DNA of 46,496 nucleotides from a virus (Duplodnaviria; Heunggongvirae; Uroviricota; Caudoviricetes): IMG/VR virus record IMGVR_UViG_2630968543_000003; one strand, 5' to 3'. Shown piece by piece: positions 8,495 to 16,561 of this stretch (position 1 is its first letter; each line of letters starts with the position of its first letter). The notes under the pieces were generated by a model. It saw only the letters and a program-made list of their open reading frames with translations, ran no database searches and was not told where the DNA came from. The position numbers and the translations under genes were made by a program.

Positions 8495-8553
8495 TTAGCT
8501 AAATGCTTTACAGCGTATTGCTGTATTGTGATCTCATGTGCTAATGTTAGCAC
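8495..8553. promoter_or_regulatory. operator-like palindromes in the divergent repressor/Cro promoter region
   Basis: TTAGCTAA at 8495-8502 and GTGCTAATGTTAGCAC at 8538-8553, with a further GCTAA half-site at 8557-8561. Confidence 0.4.
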
Positions 8554-8574
8554 GTTGCTAATAACCAATACAGT

Positions 8575-8820
8575 ATGGGGTTTTTTATGTCCAGTGTATT
8601 GCTCTCAATCAGAGGAGTCATGAGCGCGGATGAATGGAGGCGGCTGGCACAGTTATCTGGGACTAGCGTTGCATACCTGAACCAGATGGCTCTGGGTTTT
8701 AGGCGCCCCTCAGTTGCAATGGCTGAAAGAATTGAGGAAGCGGTATCTAAAGTTTCACCAACCCTCAAATTATCTAAAGAGAGCCTCATTTTTTCTCCAT
8801 TACGGAAAACAAATAGTTAG
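8575..8820 (+). CDS. Cro-like HTH protein (rightward early gene)
   Basis: 81-aa ORF (alternative ATG at 8587) with HTH-like LAQLSGTSVAYLNQMALGFRRPS; divergent from the repressor. Confidence 0.5.
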   Translation: MGFFMSSVLLSIRGVMSADEWRRLAQLSGTSVAYLNQMALGFRRPSVAMAERIEEAVSKVSPTLKLSKESLIFSPLRKTNS

Positions 8821-8827
8821 GTGTGAC

Positions 8828-8947
8828 ATGTCACAACAGTCAACCGTAATGCCAGATCCGCGCTACTTCCAGAAGCTGCTGCCACGCAGCATATGGTATG
8901 ACCCGATCAGCGGGGTTTATAACCTCATAGCGAAGCGGGAAGAGTAA
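8828..8947 (+). CDS. small hypothetical protein (39 aa)
   Basis: AGGTG RBS 4 nt before the ATG; start codon sits inside the 14-bp palindrome TGTGACATGTCACA (8822-8835); stop lies 3 nt before the next gene. Confidence 0.3.
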   Translation: MSQQSTVMPDPRYFQKLLPRSIWYDPISGVYNLIAKREE

Positions 8948-8950
8948 GCC

Positions 8951-9259
8951 ATGCAACAGGATTTAGTCAGGGTTGAAATGCCAGCTAGGTACTGCCAGGC
9001 AGACGAAGAGTGGATTCAGCAGCAGTTACAGGGGCTGCCTCCGTCACTGAGACGGAAGGTCGCCCTGAAATATGCGGAGGTATACGAAATCACTTTTGAC
9101 GCTGAGCCTGTTTCATTCCGCAAGGAGAACAGAGCAAGGCACGAAGCAAACACAAGGCTCCGCTTGTTTGTGAGAAATCAGGGCAGAGCTTTACAGGGGT
9201 ATACAACTCAGCCGCCCCTGGCAGGAACGCAATCGCGCTCCTCATTGTTTCGGGTTTAA
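8951..9259 (+). CDS. hypothetical early protein occupying the cII position (102 aa)
   Basis: ORF directly after the Cro-like gene; basic C-terminus; no family recognised. Confidence 0.4.
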   Translation: MQQDLVRVEMPARYCQADEEWIQQQLQGLPPSLRRKVALKYAEVYEITFDAEPVSFRKENRARHEANTRLRLFVRNQGRALQGYTTQPPLAGTQSRSSLFRV

Positions 9260-9356
9260 AGGTACCCGAACAGAAGCAGGCTTAAAGGTGCCTGTTCAGG
9301 TTGGCAACCAACTGACCCAACTCCTCATGTGTACTAGGGAAGTAGTACGTTTTTAT

Positions 9357-9399
9357 GGGGAAGAGGGTAAGGGGGGTAAGGGGGGATTGGGTGTTGGGG
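9357..9399 (+). repeat. G-tract cluster with tandem GTAAGGGGGG repeat (possible G-quadruplex motif)
   Basis: Six runs of three to six G within 43 nt, including two tandem GTAAGGGGGG copies at 9367-9386. Confidence 0.5.
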
Positions 9400-9672
9400 C
9401 AGGAATAGGGTCTTTTCCAACAGGAGAGATCCATTGGTTAAGTAGATCACTGTCTTAAGGGCGCAATTTAAAAAAACGCCCGTATCAGCAAGGTAGTACA
9501 AAGCGCTCAGGCGCTGAGAAACGAAAAGGGTTCTTCCTGGAAGAGTGATTTTTCAGAGGAGCTGAATCAGAAGGGAGGCTGGCAGCCTTTGGGGAGGCCA
9601 CCAGCCATGTGAGGGGGAATCCATGAAAACCACATCACAAAATTATTATCTCATCAGCACGGGAGCTGCACA

Positions 9673-11331
9673 ATGGAGCTGACGATCACGCCGAATTTTG
9701 CACAGGAACGAGCGTTAAACATGTTGCGCCGTGACTGGAAGGCAAACGACACCTTCATGGTGTATTCGCCAACAGGTAGCGGTAAAACGGGTCTGGCAGC
9801 CTTCATAGTTGCTGGTTTTGTCAGCCGTGGTATGCGTGTTCTGTTCTGTGTTCCGTACACCATCCTGATTGGTCAGACGGCTAATCGGTTCGTGCAGTAT
9901 GGTTTACCTGGAGATGAAATCGGTTATATCTGGGCGGATCACCCGAACTACGATCCGGACCGGAAAATTCAGATTGCCAGCGCTGACACGCTTATTCGTC
10001 GTGTTTTTCCTGAAAATATCGATCTGCTGATTATCGACGAAGCGCACCTGCGTAAAAAACGCATCCTGAAGGATATCGAACGTCTGCGCGGCAAAGGCGT
10101 AAAGGTGATTGGCCTGTCGGGTACTCCGTTTTCTCCGTTCCTGGGCAAATACTATGACCGACTGATTAAGCCGACCACCATCGGCGAGTTAATCCAGCGT
10201 GGCGATCTGAGTAAATACGAATTTTACGCGCCAACTAAGCCGGATCTGAAAGGTGTTAAAACCACATCTTCGCTTGAGTACGGCCGCGATTACAACGAAA
10301 CACAGCTGGCTGAAATCATGTGCGGCTCTACGCTGGTGGGCGACATCGTACAGAACTGGCTGGAGAATGGTCGGGATTTACCTACCATCGCTTTCTGCGT
10401 CAACGTAGCTCACGCCAATTATCTGACAATCCAGTTTAACCTGGCGGGTGTTAACGCTGAGGTAATGACCGCCGACACTCCGGTAGATGAGCGCCAGACC
10501 ATCATTCACCGCTTTGAAACCGGTGCAACGAAAATCATCGTTAGTGTGGGCGTTCTGGTGGCCGGCTTTGATAGTGACGTTCGTTGCATCATCTACGCCA
10601 GGCCAACAAAAAGCGAAATTCGCTGGTTGCAGGCTCTCGGGCGTGGGCTGCGCACCGCACCGGGTAAAGAGTCCTGCCTTATCTTCGATCACAGCGGCAC
10701 CGTGCACCGTTTGGGTTATCCGGATTCAATCGAGTACGACGAGCTTCCCGGTAAGTCTGACGGCATGGAGGAAAGCGCGCGCCGGGCAGTTGAGGAACGG
10801 GCCGAAAAACTGCCACATGAATGCCCTCAATGCCACTACATGAAGCCAGCAGGCGTCTATGTTTGCCCGAAATGTGGACACAAGCCGCTGCGAGGTGAAG
10901 ACGTTGATACTGACACTAGCCGCAAACTTAATAAGCTGGGTAAAAATCAGCATCAGTCGACGAAGGCAGAGAAACAGTCCTGGTGGAGTCAGATCAAATT
11001 TTATCAGCGCCAGCGTGCTTCGCTGGGGCGTCCAGTCAGTGACGGATGGTGTGCTCACACTTTCCGGGAAAAGTTCGGTGAGTGGCCTGACGGACTGAGT
11101 AACTTTCCGATGGAAATTACCCCTGAGGTAAATAACTACATCAGACACAAACTGATCCGGTTTGCCAAAGGCCACCAGCGGGTTCAGAAGGTCACTGAAA
11201 ACGCACAAACAACGATTGATTTATCTCAGGAACGTGATGAACGACGTGAGATACCGGCAGGCAGTGAGGCCTGGCGCATCATGCAGGCAAAGCACCAACT
11301 CCAGAAAAATATAAACAGTCTGAGTCAGTAA
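9673..11331 (+). CDS. SF2 DEAH-box helicase (replication module)
   Basis: 552 aa; Walker A SPTGSGKT, DEAH box IIDEAHL, SGTP, QALGRGLR arginine finger; C-terminal CxxC...CxxC zinc ribbon. Confidence 0.85.
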   Translation: MELTITPNFAQERALNMLRRDWKANDTFMVYSPTGSGKTGLAAFIVAGFVSRGMRVLFCVPYTILIGQTANRFVQYGLPGDEIGYIWADHPNYDPDRKIQIASADTLIRRVFPENIDLLIIDEAHLRKKRILKDIERLRGKGVKVIGLSGTPFSPFLGKYYDRLIKPTTIGELIQRGDLSKYEFYAPTKPDLKGVKTTSSLEYGRDYNETQLAEIMCGSTLVGDIVQNWLENGRDLPTIAFCVNVAHANYLTIQFNLAGVNAEVMTADTPVDERQTIIHRFETGATKIIVSVGVLVAGFDSDVRCIIYARPTKSEIRWLQALGRGLRTAPGKESCLIFDHSGTVHRLGYPDSIEYDELPGKSDGMEESARRAVEERAEKLPHECPQCHYMKPAGVYVCPKCGHKPLRGEDVDTDTSRKLNKLGKNQHQSTKAEKQSWWSQIKFYQRQRASLGRPVSDGWCAHTFREKFGEWPDGLSNFPMEITPEVNNYIRHKLIRFAKGHQRVQKVTENAQTTIDLSQERDERREIPAGSEAWRIMQAKHQLQKNINSLSQ

Positions 11332-11332
11332 G

Positions 11333-12301
11333 ATGAAAACAGCAGATGCAGCGAAAGGCCGCTGGCCTGAAATATTAGAGCACTTCGGTCTGCCGCCGAT
11401 AACCGGAAAAAATCACTTCAAGGGTGAATGCCCGGTATGCGGTGCACGTGGCAAGTTCCGAATTGACGACCGCGACGGTGCAGGAACGTGGATCTGTGTA
11501 TGTGGTAGTGGCGATGGTATGAAACTTGTCACCCTGACACAGGCGAAGCCATTTAACGAGATTTGTACCGAAATAGACCGCCTGATCGGTAATGATTACC
11601 AACGGGTTAAAATCCCGGTAACCAGCAGCGCCACCAGCTTACGCAAACGGGTATTGAGCAAGTTTTCAAAACTGGAGGCACTGCGTGGTACATCCGGCGC
11701 AGCGTATCTTAATTCTCGTGGAATATTCAGTCTTCCTGCTGAGGCGATCCGGTTCAATGCCAGGCAGAGACACAACGGGAGTGTGTTCCAGTCTCTTTAT
11801 TCACTTGCTACGGACGATAAAGGGGAGTTGTGCTATCTGCACCAGACTCTGCTTGATGGTGATAAAAAAGCAGATATCGGTAGCAGTGCAAAGCGCCTCA
11901 AATCCCTGCAGGAAGATAACTATTTGGATCACGCTCGTTCTGTAGCTATCCGCATGTTTCCTGTCGCCAGCACTCTGGGTATCGCCGAAGGCATCGAAAC
12001 AGCGCTGTCAGCGCACCAGATTTATAACGTGAACACCTGGGCAACCATTAACAGCGGCTTTATGAAAAAGTTTCGCGTACCAGCTGGTGTTCTGCACCTG
12101 ATTATTTTTGCCGACCGTGACGAGAACAGCGCCACCGGGCTGGCTGCGGCTTGCGAATGTGCTCATGCCAATCTGATGGCAAAGAATGACCTGCAGCGCG
12201 TGAGCGTGTACTGGCCGGATCACGATGATTTCAACAATATGCTCATGAACGGTGATCAGGTTCGAGAGCTGGTTTTCCATAAGAAAAAGGCGGTTGCGTA
12301 A
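11333..12301 (+). CDS. DNA primase (zinc-binding N-terminal domain plus Toprim)
   Basis: 322 aa; CPVCGARGKF...WICVCGSG zinc-finger region; C-terminal acidic Toprim-like IFADRDE; start 1 nt after the helicase stop. Confidence 0.7.
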   Translation: MKTADAAKGRWPEILEHFGLPPITGKNHFKGECPVCGARGKFRIDDRDGAGTWICVCGSGDGMKLVTLTQAKPFNEICTEIDRLIGNDYQRVKIPVTSSATSLRKRVLSKFSKLEALRGTSGAAYLNSRGIFSLPAEAIRFNARQRHNGSVFQSLYSLATDDKGELCYLHQTLLDGDKKADIGSSAKRLKSLQEDNYLDHARSVAIRMFPVASTLGIAEGIETALSAHQIYNVNTWATINSGFMKKFRVPAGVLHLIIFADRDENSATGLAAACECAHANLMAKNDLQRVSVYWPDHDDFNNMLMNGDQVRELVFHKKKAVA

Positions 12302-13158
12302 TGCGTACTGATAATAACGAACATAAAGCACTATTCACCATCCCGACGGCAGCGTACAGCTCCGCCCTCGCAAACATCAAGCCCCTGCCAGAGCAACGGA
12401 GAATCACCGGGCATAAGCAGACTGATGCTTATCTTTGGGTGCTGGAGGTTATCCGTCTGAACGAACCCGCACATCTGGATGCTGCTGAGGCTGCGCTGGT
12501 GAAAATTAAAATTTCCCCAAAAGAGGCTCAGGAACGCTATTCGCGTTATCTGCTGGCGAATGGTTACGAACCTTTCCAGGTTGCGTTCGGCATCATCGGC
12601 ATGGATAACCCTGCGCAGGTTATCAGGAACGCCCGGGAGAACATCAAAAAAGCGGCATCAGTCAGGGCTATGTTTGGTAGCTATGAAGCAGCGCTCGAAG
12701 ATGTGGAAGCAGAGCGGGTCATCAGGTCTTCCCAGAAATTTATCAACGATCATCTCTGGGGCTGGACTGCGGCAGAGAAAAAAGCCGGAAGCATTGGCGG
12801 CAGCCGCATGACCGAAATTGATGAACAGCGTCGGGCATTTGTTGATGGATATCGCGATGTGCTGCCTGAGCCTTATACGCTGTCTGATGTTGTTCGCGAG
12901 TTCGTTTACTGGGACTGGCTCTACAGTGTTCGCCACACTGCAACTAAAGAACAGGGCGATGAGTTTGGTTACTCTGAGCATCACGAATCGGTATATGACC
13001 GGGAGCGCTACCTTGAAAAATTGCTGGCAACCATCAAACCGGTGACACGCGCTGAAGCCGTGGAGGCGTGCCGCTGGTTTCTGGCAAGTGGTAAGGGTGA
13101 ATGCATGGAAGACGACGGTGCAGCGGTCATTCTCAATCTGGTTGGTGAGTGCGAATAA
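12301..13158 (+). CDS. hypothetical protein (285 aa) between primase and Q
   Basis: ORF translationally coupled at both ends (TAATG overlaps); no family recognised. Confidence 0.55.
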   Translation: MRTDNNEHKALFTIPTAAYSSALANIKPLPEQRRITGHKQTDAYLWVLEVIRLNEPAHLDAAEAALVKIKISPKEAQERYSRYLLANGYEPFQVAFGIIGMDNPAQVIRNARENIKKAASVRAMFGSYEAALEDVEAERVIRSSQKFINDHLWGWTAAEKKAGSIGGSRMTEIDEQRRAFVDGYRDVLPEPYTLSDVVREFVYWDWLYSVRHTATKEQGDEFGYSEHHESVYDRERYLEKLLATIKPVTRAEAVEACRWFLASGKGECMEDDGAAVILNLVGECE

Positions 13159-13541
13159 TGCGTGATATTCAGATGGTTCTTGAACGCTGGGGCGCATGGG
13201 CGGCAAATAATCATGAGGATGTGACCTGGTCGTCCATTGCTGCCGGTTTTAAGGGATTAATTCCTTCAAAAGTAAAATCTCGCCCGCAATGTTGTGACGA
13301 TGACGCGATGATCATTTGCGGGTGCATGGCCCGTCTGAAAAAGAACAACAGCGATTTACACGATTTATTAGTAGATTATTATGTATGTGGTATGACATTC
13401 ATGTCACTGGCAAGTAAGCATTGCTGCTCGGATGGTTATATCGGGAAAAGGTTACAGAAGGCTGAGGGCATAATTGAAGGGATGTTAATGGCATTAGATA
13501 TCCGGTTAGATATGGATATCGTTGCTAATAATTCTAATTGA
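13158..13541 (+). CDS. quuD: late-gene antiterminator Q (DLP12 QuuD-like, 127 aa)
   Basis: Start at the ATG at 13158 ([11 protein letters not shown]...); 127-aa length, cysteine-rich core and position directly upstream of a porin gene match the DLP12 quuD-nmpC arrangement, from memory. Confidence 0.65.
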   Translation: MRDIQMVLERWGAWAANNHEDVTWSSIAAGFKGLIPSKVKSRPQCCDDDAMIICGCMARLKKNNSDLHDLLVDYYVCGMTFMSLASKHCCSDGYIGKRLQKAEGIIEGMLMALDIRLDMDIVANNSN

Positions 13542-13565
13542 TATGCAATTGTTTACTAAAAGTTA

Positions 13566-13728
13566 TTAAAAATGGGGCGTGGAAACGCCCCCAAAATAAA
13601 GGGTAATATATAACAGAAGGTTTATATAGTAAGAAGCAAGGCAGTGCTTCTAAAGGAAGTGGCTTGAGGGCTCCACTTATATGTTGGGGAGGCAAAGCCT
13701 CCCGCAACATATCTTTTTCGTAATCAGA
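13566..13728 (-). ncRNA. ipeX: IpeX-like structured 3' UTR of the porin gene
   Basis: About 160 nt between the porin stop (13729) and a minus-strand intrinsic terminator (stem GGGGCG/CGCCCC at 13574-13591, then U-tract); further stems at 13632-13651 and 13679-13712; matches the described position of ipeX downstream of nmpC/lc. Confidence 0.4.
13679..13718 (+). terminator. plus-strand intrinsic terminator downstream of Q (tR'-like candidate)
   Basis: About 15-bp stem with one bulge and AAA loop, followed by CTTTTT. Confidence 0.45.
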
Positions 13729-14811
13729 TTAGAACTGATACACCAGACCTACAGCGACGATGTCGTCGGTATCAATACCAGCTGTTTTGGTAAACTTACT
13801 ATCGTCAATTAAGTTGATTTTGTAATCAACAAAAGTGGACATGTTTTTATTAAAGTAGTAAGTAGCACCGACATCGACATACTTGACTAAGTCTCGGTCA
13901 CCATGAACACCAAGGTCTTTACCTTTTGACTGAAGGTAAGCAACAGATGGACGCAGACCGAAGTCAAACTGATATTGTGCTACTGCTTCAAAGTTTTGTG
14001 CTTTGTTTGCAATATGGTTATTACCAAAAACGGTCATATTCTGAGTTTCAGAATATGTGGTAGCCAGATAGATATTGTTCGCATCATATTTCAGGCCTGC
14101 AGCCCATACTTCCGCATTTTTGCCGGAGGCATTGAATTTGCTCTTACCATAGGCGACCTGACCGTCAGTGCGATCTGATTTAGCATAGGTTGCACCCACG
14201 CCGAATCCTTCATACTCATAAGTAGCGGAGAAACCGAAACCATCACCATTGGCTTCAGTTACGTCAGTGCGGTCATTTTTACCCTGATACTGAGCAGCAA
14301 AGTTCAGGCCATCGACCAGACCAAAGAAGTCGTTGTTACGATAAGTTGCAACACCAGTAGTGCGACCAGTCATGAACACATCTGTTTGGGTCCAGGTATC
14401 ACCACCGAATTCTGGCAGGACGTCAGTCCACGCACCGATGTCGTATGCTACACCGTAGTTACGGCCGTAATCGATTGAGCCGTAATCACCAAATTTCAGG
14501 CCTGCAAATGCAAGACGGGTTTTGTCTTTGGAAGAACCTTGAGATTCAGCGCGGTTGCCTTTGAATTCATATTCCCACTGACCGAAACCAGTCAGTTGAT
14601 CGTTGATTTGGGTTTCACCTTTGAAGCCAAGACGGGCATAAGTAGTATCACCATCATCTGCATCATTAGAGGAGAAGTAGTGCTTGGCATTAACTTTCCC
14701 GTATAGATCCAGCTTGTTACTGTCTTTATTATAAATTTCAGCTGCCTGAGCAGACATCGCCATCAGTACTGATGCAGCTACAGCAGAAATTGCCACTGTT
14801 AATTTTTTCAT
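13729..14811 (-). CDS. nmpC: OmpC-family general porin (NmpC/Lc-like phage porin)
   Basis: 360 aa from the ATG at 14811; signal peptide [23 protein letters not shown]; beta-barrel porin repeats; C-terminal VGLVYQF; AT-rich upstream region 14872-15180. Confidence 0.85.
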   Translation of the reverse strand: MKKLTVAISAVAASVLMAMSAQAAEIYNKDSNKLDLYGKVNAKHYFSSNDADDGDTTYARLGFKGETQINDQLTGFGQWEYEFKGNRAESQGSSKDKTRLAFAGLKFGDYGSIDYGRNYGVAYDIGAWTDVLPEFGGDTWTQTDVFMTGRTTGVATYRNNDFFGLVDGLNFAAQYQGKNDRTDVTEANGDGFGFSATYEYEGFGVGATYAKSDRTDGQVAYGKSKFNASGKNAEVWAAGLKYDANNIYLATTYSETQNMTVFGNNHIANKAQNFEAVAQYQFDFGLRPSVAYLQSKGKDLGVHGDRDLVKYVDVGATYYFNKNMSTFVDYKINLIDDSKFTKTAGIDTDDIVAVGLVYQF

Positions 14812-15237
14812 TGTACACCCTTTTTTTGAACTATTATTAAAAAATGATGTCACTGCGCGATAAATATTCATCTAATCAATGTGATTATTTCAAGATGTAA
14901 GTTTTAGTTTCTCATTTAATTTGTGAAGTAGATCTCTATTTTTATCTGAACCTTTTCTATCTAATCCTATTTATGGCTCTTGTTTGAACAAAAATAAATC
15001 TATTAGCTAATTTATATTAATGGAACTTATTTATAAGCAGTCTATAATTCTTTAGCTTAATTTAAACAAACTAAAAATAACATCTGAAATTATTAATTGG
15101 TTATTTGTTGAAATTTTCTTATGTATTTGTGGTGGTGTTTTGAACACTCGGTGGCATTCTCACAAATATCATTTAGTAGTTTACGTACGTAAAAAATTGG
15201 TTATGCTGTTAAGAGTAGTTACTTCGTCACACAGCTT

Positions 15238-15263
15238 AAACCCGCCGATGAGCGGGTTTTTTT
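15238..15263 (+). terminator. intrinsic terminator
   Basis: Stem AAACCCGC/GCGGGTTT with 6-nt loop, followed by seven T. Confidence 0.6.
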
Positions 15264-15600
15264 GTGCCTGAACGTTAAATGCGCTGGTGGTTGTGAATGC
15301 CGACTGCGGCGGTATTTTGGCGTGACGGCGCAGGTGCCGTATACCGATGTCTGGACGCATAAACCGGTGCAGTTCTATCCCGGGAAACATCCGTGCGAAA
15401 AACCGGCAGAAATGCTGCAACAGATAATCAGCGCAAGCAGTCGTCCGGGTGACCTGGTTGCAGATTTTTTTATGGGGTCAGGTTCAACAGTTAAAGCTGC
15501 ACTGGCACTGGGCCGTCGTGCTACAGGCGTTGAGCTGGAGACTGAACGTTTTGAGCAGACGGTCAGGGAAGTTCAGGATTTAGTCAGTCAGAACGGATGA
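15262..15600 (+). pseudogene. C-terminal remnant of an N6/N4 DNA methyltransferase (truncated)
   Basis: Frame has no ATG (track start is a TTG inside the terminator T-tract); encodes HPCEKP and DFFMGSGST motifs typical of the C-terminal part of beta-class adenine methyltransferases; the N-terminal DPPY region is absent. Confidence 0.55.
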
Positions 15601-15640
15601 TATTGCAGAATTAGTTACGTACCGTTATTATCCTGCGCCC

Positions 15641-15716
15641 GGCCCTTTAGCTCAGTGGTGAGAGCGAGCGACTCATAATCGCCAGGTCGCTGGTTCAAAT
15701 CCAGCAAGGGCCACCA
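15641..15716 (+). tRNA. ileZ: tRNA with anticodon CAU (Ile2-type or Met), with encoded CCA
   Basis: 76-nt cloverleaf folded by hand; acceptor stem GGCCCTT/AAGGGCC; anticodon loop CTCATAA; resembles tRNA-Ile2 (ileX-like). Confidence 0.8.
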
Positions 15717-15725
15717 TATCACATA

Positions 15726-15802
15726 CCGCCATTAGCTCATCGGGATAGAGCGCCAGCCTTCGAAGCTGGCTGCGCGGGGTTCGAGTCCTCGATGGCGGTC
15801 CA
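15726..15802 (+). tRNA. tRNA-Arg (anticodon UCG), with encoded CCA
   Basis: 77-nt cloverleaf; acceptor stem CCGCCAT/ATGGCGG; anticodon loop CTTCGAA; T-loop TTCGAGT. Confidence 0.75.
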
Positions 15803-15815
15803 TTATCTGCATTAT

Positions 15816-15892
15816 GCGTTGTTAGCTCAGCCGGACAGAGCAATTGCCTTCTAAGCAATCGGTCACTGGTTCGAATCCAGTACAACGCGCCA
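15816..15892 (+). tRNA. tRNA-Arg (anticodon UCU), with encoded CCA
   Basis: 77-nt cloverleaf; acceptor stem GCGTTGT/ACAACGC; anticodon loop CTTCTAA; T-loop TTCGAAT. Confidence 0.8.
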
Positions 15893-15906
15893 GACTTATT
15901 TTTCCC

Positions 15907-15931
15907 GGCTCGCTTTTGCGGGCTTTTTTTT
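15907..15931 (+). terminator. intrinsic terminator after the tRNA cluster
   Basis: Stem GCTCGC/GCGGGC (one G-U pair) with TTTT loop, followed by eight T. Confidence 0.6.
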
Positions 15932-16384
15932 AAATGTCTCACAATTCAGACGGTTGACAGTTGTCTGTTTTGCGGGGAGTTTGTTAAAAGAAACTGGCAT
16001 GGTGAATCCCCCTGTGCGGAGGGGCAATCAGCAACTGGTGTTTTGTCACCGACCCTTATCCTTTCTGTGCGGGTTCAGGTGCTGATACTGAACTCACCGG
16101 GAGGCACCCGGCATCATGTGCATGATGATACAGATACGCGGCTTTAGCCCCTCTCCGGAGGGGCTTTCTTGTGGGCAAAAAAAAGCCCGAGTGGGTTCGG
16201 GCAACAGCATGAGATATACATTTTTATAATCGAATGGATTTTAACCAGAATTCATAAGGCTGCGCAACTGCGCGGTCTTTTTCGAATTGCGGGCTGTCGT
16301 CTCTCTTCTGCCATTGTCCTGTAACTTCCGGACTTCAGCCCGCTCCTTATTTTACTCACAATATTATCCCGGCCGGGAGGATTC

Positions 16385-16561
16385 ATGGCATTTAAACACT
16401 ATGACGTGGTCAGGGCGGCATCGCCGTCAGACCTTGCGAAACGACTGACACAAAAACTGAAGGAGGGGTGGCAGCCATTTGGCAGTCCGGTGGCCATCAC
16501 GCCTTATACCCTGATGCAGGCCATTGCGGCGGAAGGTGATGTCACCCACCTGTGGTGGTGA
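16385..16561 (+). CDS. DUF1737-like small protein (58 aa), apparently the detached N-terminal module of NanS-p
   Basis: ATG with GGGAGG RBS 4 nt upstream; below the ORF-track cutoff; its stop at 16559-16561 overlaps the esterase ORF in the -1 frame. Confidence 0.5.
   Translation: MAFKHYDVVRAASPSDLAKRLTQKLKEGWQPFGSPVAITPYTLMQAIAAEGDVTHLWW

Noticed and set aside
7829-8623. 264-aa plus-strand ORF across the repressor region
   Set aside because: Antisense to the HTH repressor genes, low-complexity Ser/Leu-rich translation and no RBS; treated as a frame artefact.
14872-15237. Possible micF-like divergent sRNA upstream of the porin, ending at the 15238-15263 terminator
   Set aside because: No convincing plus-strand promoter with proper -35/-10 spacing was found; the terminator may simply bound the porin cassette.
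15673-15942. 89-aa minus-strand ORF overlapping the tRNA cluster
   Set aside because: It is the reverse complement of three well-folded tRNA genes.
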